Part shown: piece by piece, positions 60,651 through 63,248 of the stretch
How positions within the stretch are numbered: position 1 is the stretch's first letter
Layout: the number at the start of each line of letters is the position of its first letter
Position numbers and translations under genes: made by a program
Notes under the pieces: model-generated
Told to the model about the DNA's origin: nothing
Seen by the model: only the letters and a program-made list of their open reading frames with translations
Database searches by the model: none
From: Octopus bimaculoides
Lineage: Eukaryota
Assembly (NCBI RefSeq): GCF_001194135.2
Contig: NC_068981.1
Coordinates: 14,534,877 to 14,598,124, forward strand
DNA: 63,248 bases
Direction: 5' to 3'

Positions 60651-62450
60651 GTTTGTTTATTTTCATATTTTCCAGTGGAGAAGTGAAAACACTTCGGAAT
60701 AGTTTATTTAGTGCTTCTCTTATCTTCCCCGGGTCTGCAGTTAGCCACTAAATAGTGGCCCTGCCTTATAGCGTACTGAGGCAGACTCTTTTGCCAACGT
60801 GTAGAAAGCTTTATGATTTATTTTTATATTTTTGACTGCCCAGGTTTGTCCTCCTTCTAGTTCTTTTTCATGGGAGATTTTGAGTTTATTTTCTATCTCA
60901 AAGAATACCTCTGTCAGGTGTGATTTCGCATTCTCATTAAGGTGTTTGTTTAGACGATTTGAGATCTTTCATCTCCGCCGCATGAGTATTTTCCTGTCTC
61001 GGGGAATGATGTTTTTGTGTTTATTGGCTCTCTTCATTGTGACATATTGAAATCCTATGGCTAGCATTATTGATATGGATTTATTGAGTTTCATATCTCT
61101 GTCTTGCATAGAGAGGATGTTAGACCAGTCCTGCTGGAGAATACACTTTCCAAGTGGCTTTCAGTCAGCCTTATAGAAATTTACGCTCGAAAGAGTTTGA
61201 GCGCCATCTGTGCGGGGTTTATCTTTAGTTAATTCCGGCCATACATTGTCAATTCCATCATGTGATGGTCTGAGAATATTGTCGGTGGTATATTTACGTT
61301 GTGGATAAAGTCATGTTGATGTTCATGTGGACTCTCAGATCTATTACCGACTCTAATTCTGGGATTACATTATCTGCTGATCCTGTGTACTTAATTGTAG
61401 TTTGTTTGTTGGCTGATAGCGGAGTGCTTCAGCCTGTGCGGCATTGAACTGCATATTATTCTCATCTGCTCACTTATATATTGCGTTCAGGTCGTTCTAC
61501 AGTTTTAAAATGTTAGTAAGATCCGTGACCGCCTGCGATACTTTTCTATCGCCAGCGTAGCTGGTGAGTGTAGCTGACCCAATGGCTGAAGGCCCGTCCG
61601 AGAGAGCAACCGCAAACAGTAGTGGTCTAAATACTGTTCCCTAGGGGAGTCCATTGAGAATTAGTGTCCCTATAGAGAGAGCACTATTTGTTGCGACAGC
61701 CTAACTTCTGCCCCTCAGGAAATCATGCAGCCACTCTCCCAGATTACCAGCGATACCGACATCAAGTAATTTGTGACATATCCTCCCATGATCGACTTTC
61801 TCAGAGGCCTTGGCAAATTCGAGATATAATCACATCCACATTTGAATGGTTGAACTGTTGTTTTAGTACCCAGTAGAAGTGTTGTAGTAGATGTGTTAGA
61901 CAGCTTCTTCCGGGACGGAAACCATGTTGCGTGTCTGTGAGCAAGTCATTTTCCTCTAGGAACGTGGTCATTCTTTTTTCTGACAATGCCCTCCATGATC
62001 TTGCTCACATGTGAGGTCAGAGAGAAAGGCCTGTAGTTTGTGTCATCTGCTCTAGTTCCTCTTTGTAATGAGGGCATATGATTCCTTCTTTTAACATTTG
62101 AGGAAATGTATCGTATTCAAGGGAACTCTGTAAAGGCATTTGGAGTTGCTTTCCAAAAATTTTCTTGCATGTTTTTAACAAAATTCCTGGAGGTTCATCT
62201 GGGCCTATCGCAGAGTTTGAGTTTATCTCGTCAAGCGCTGACAAAACATCTGCTTCTTTTATGCCAATATAATCGATGGTCGCGTTTTTCTTTTTTATTT
62301 TTATTGTAAGTTACAAGTGTTGATGTATACATCAGCCCTGGTTATTTTCATATTTTCCAGTGGAGAGCTGAAAACACTTTCAATGGTGGAATGCTTCACT
62401 TATCCTCTTGGGATCTGCGGTCAGTGAGCCCTTTTCATGAAACACCGGCC
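60651..62450 (-). mobile_element. CR1-like LINE ORF2 fragments (RT segment followed by endonuclease end and linker)
   Basis: NSAIGPD, NYRPFSLTSHVSKIME, QHGFRPGRSCLTHLL, then TIFSDHHMMEL, IPRDRKILMRRR and NHKAFY. Confidence 0.9.
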
Positions 62451-62621
62451 CAATCTGACTATGTGGCTTTCACTGGTTAGGCATCTACACTATATATACA
62501 TATATATATATCCTTATATACATACATATACACACGCACACACACAGAGAGAAGCATATATAATTACATATGCATGCATAGAAGCACATACACATATATC
62601 AATAAATCTACATCTCTCTCT

Positions 62622-63053
62622 CTTTACTCTTTATTCTTTTACTTGTTTCACCCATTTGACTGCGTCCATGCTGGAGCACCGCCTTTAGCCGAGCATATCG
62701 CCCCCAGGACTTATTCTTTGTAAGCTTAGTACGTATTCTATCGATCTCTTTTGCCGAACTGCTACGTTTCGGGGACGTAAACACACCAGCATCAGTTGTG
62801 AAGCGATGTTGGGGGGACAAACACAGACACACAAACACATACACACACATACATACACGCATTCATGCATGCATACATACACACACACGGGCTTCTTTCA
62901 GTTTCCGTCTACCAAATGCTCTCACGAACCTTTGGTCGGCCCGAAGCTATAGTAGAAGACACTTGCCCAACGTGAGAGTGCCAAGCAGTGGGAATGAACC
63001 GAACCCGGAACCACGTGGTTGGTAAGCAAGCTACTTACCACACAGCCACTCCT
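62622..63053 (-). mobile_element. tRNA-headed SINE family 3 (CORE-like), full length with internal CA microsatellite
   Basis: Head AGGAGTGGCTGTGTGGTAAG...GGTTC and TTGGGCAAGTGTCTTCTACTATAGC core-like block; tail (AAAAGAGT)-like repeats. Confidence 0.88.
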
Positions 63054-63248
63054 GTGTAGTTTATTCATCAGTCTAGCCATCTGTGCAGATATGTGAAGTA
63101 ACAAAATTCGCAATAATTGTAAGAGATTTCTTGCAGTTGCTATAAAATTTAGTTTAAATATATGCTATACCGATTATTCAGACAGTGTCTCCTTAGTCCT
63201 ACATGTTACATCTATTTTTAAAGCATTCCTGCACGATTTAAGAGACAT

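Overview
AT-rich animal genomic scaffold with many N gaps and dense (AT)n/(CA)n/(GA)n/(AGAT)n microsatellites. The SINE families and overall character point to an octopod cephalopod; this is inferred from pattern recognition, not a search. I could not identify any protein-coding gene. There are a few candidate exons (best: a minus-strand terminal exon at 18520-18674) and several unidentified coding-like patches. Most recognisable sequence is transposon-derived: two mariner relics, a Tc1 relic, RTE, R4/Dong-like, HERO-like, CR1-like and L1/Tx1-like LINE pieces, a Penelope GIY-YIG fragment, and at least four tRNA-headed SINE families. The observations most worth following up are these. (1) A 235-bp element joins a tRNA-like Pol III head to a hammerhead-ribozyme tail (48400-48634), a candidate Penelope-mobilised ribozyme SINE. 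(2) A young ~165-bp element family carries a minimal type I hammerhead fold with a non-canonical A6U core and occurs in inverted pairs inside (AT)n tracts. (3) An 876-bp foldback transposon with an 8-bp target-site duplication carries head-to-head telomere-like TTAGGG/CCCTAA repeats. (4) A SINE array has two junctions at the same nucleotide of the SINE head, suggesting self-targeted insertion. (5) A CR1-like ORF2 segment is circularly permuted. All ribozyme activity and mechanism statements are predictions. Many feature boundaries are approximate.
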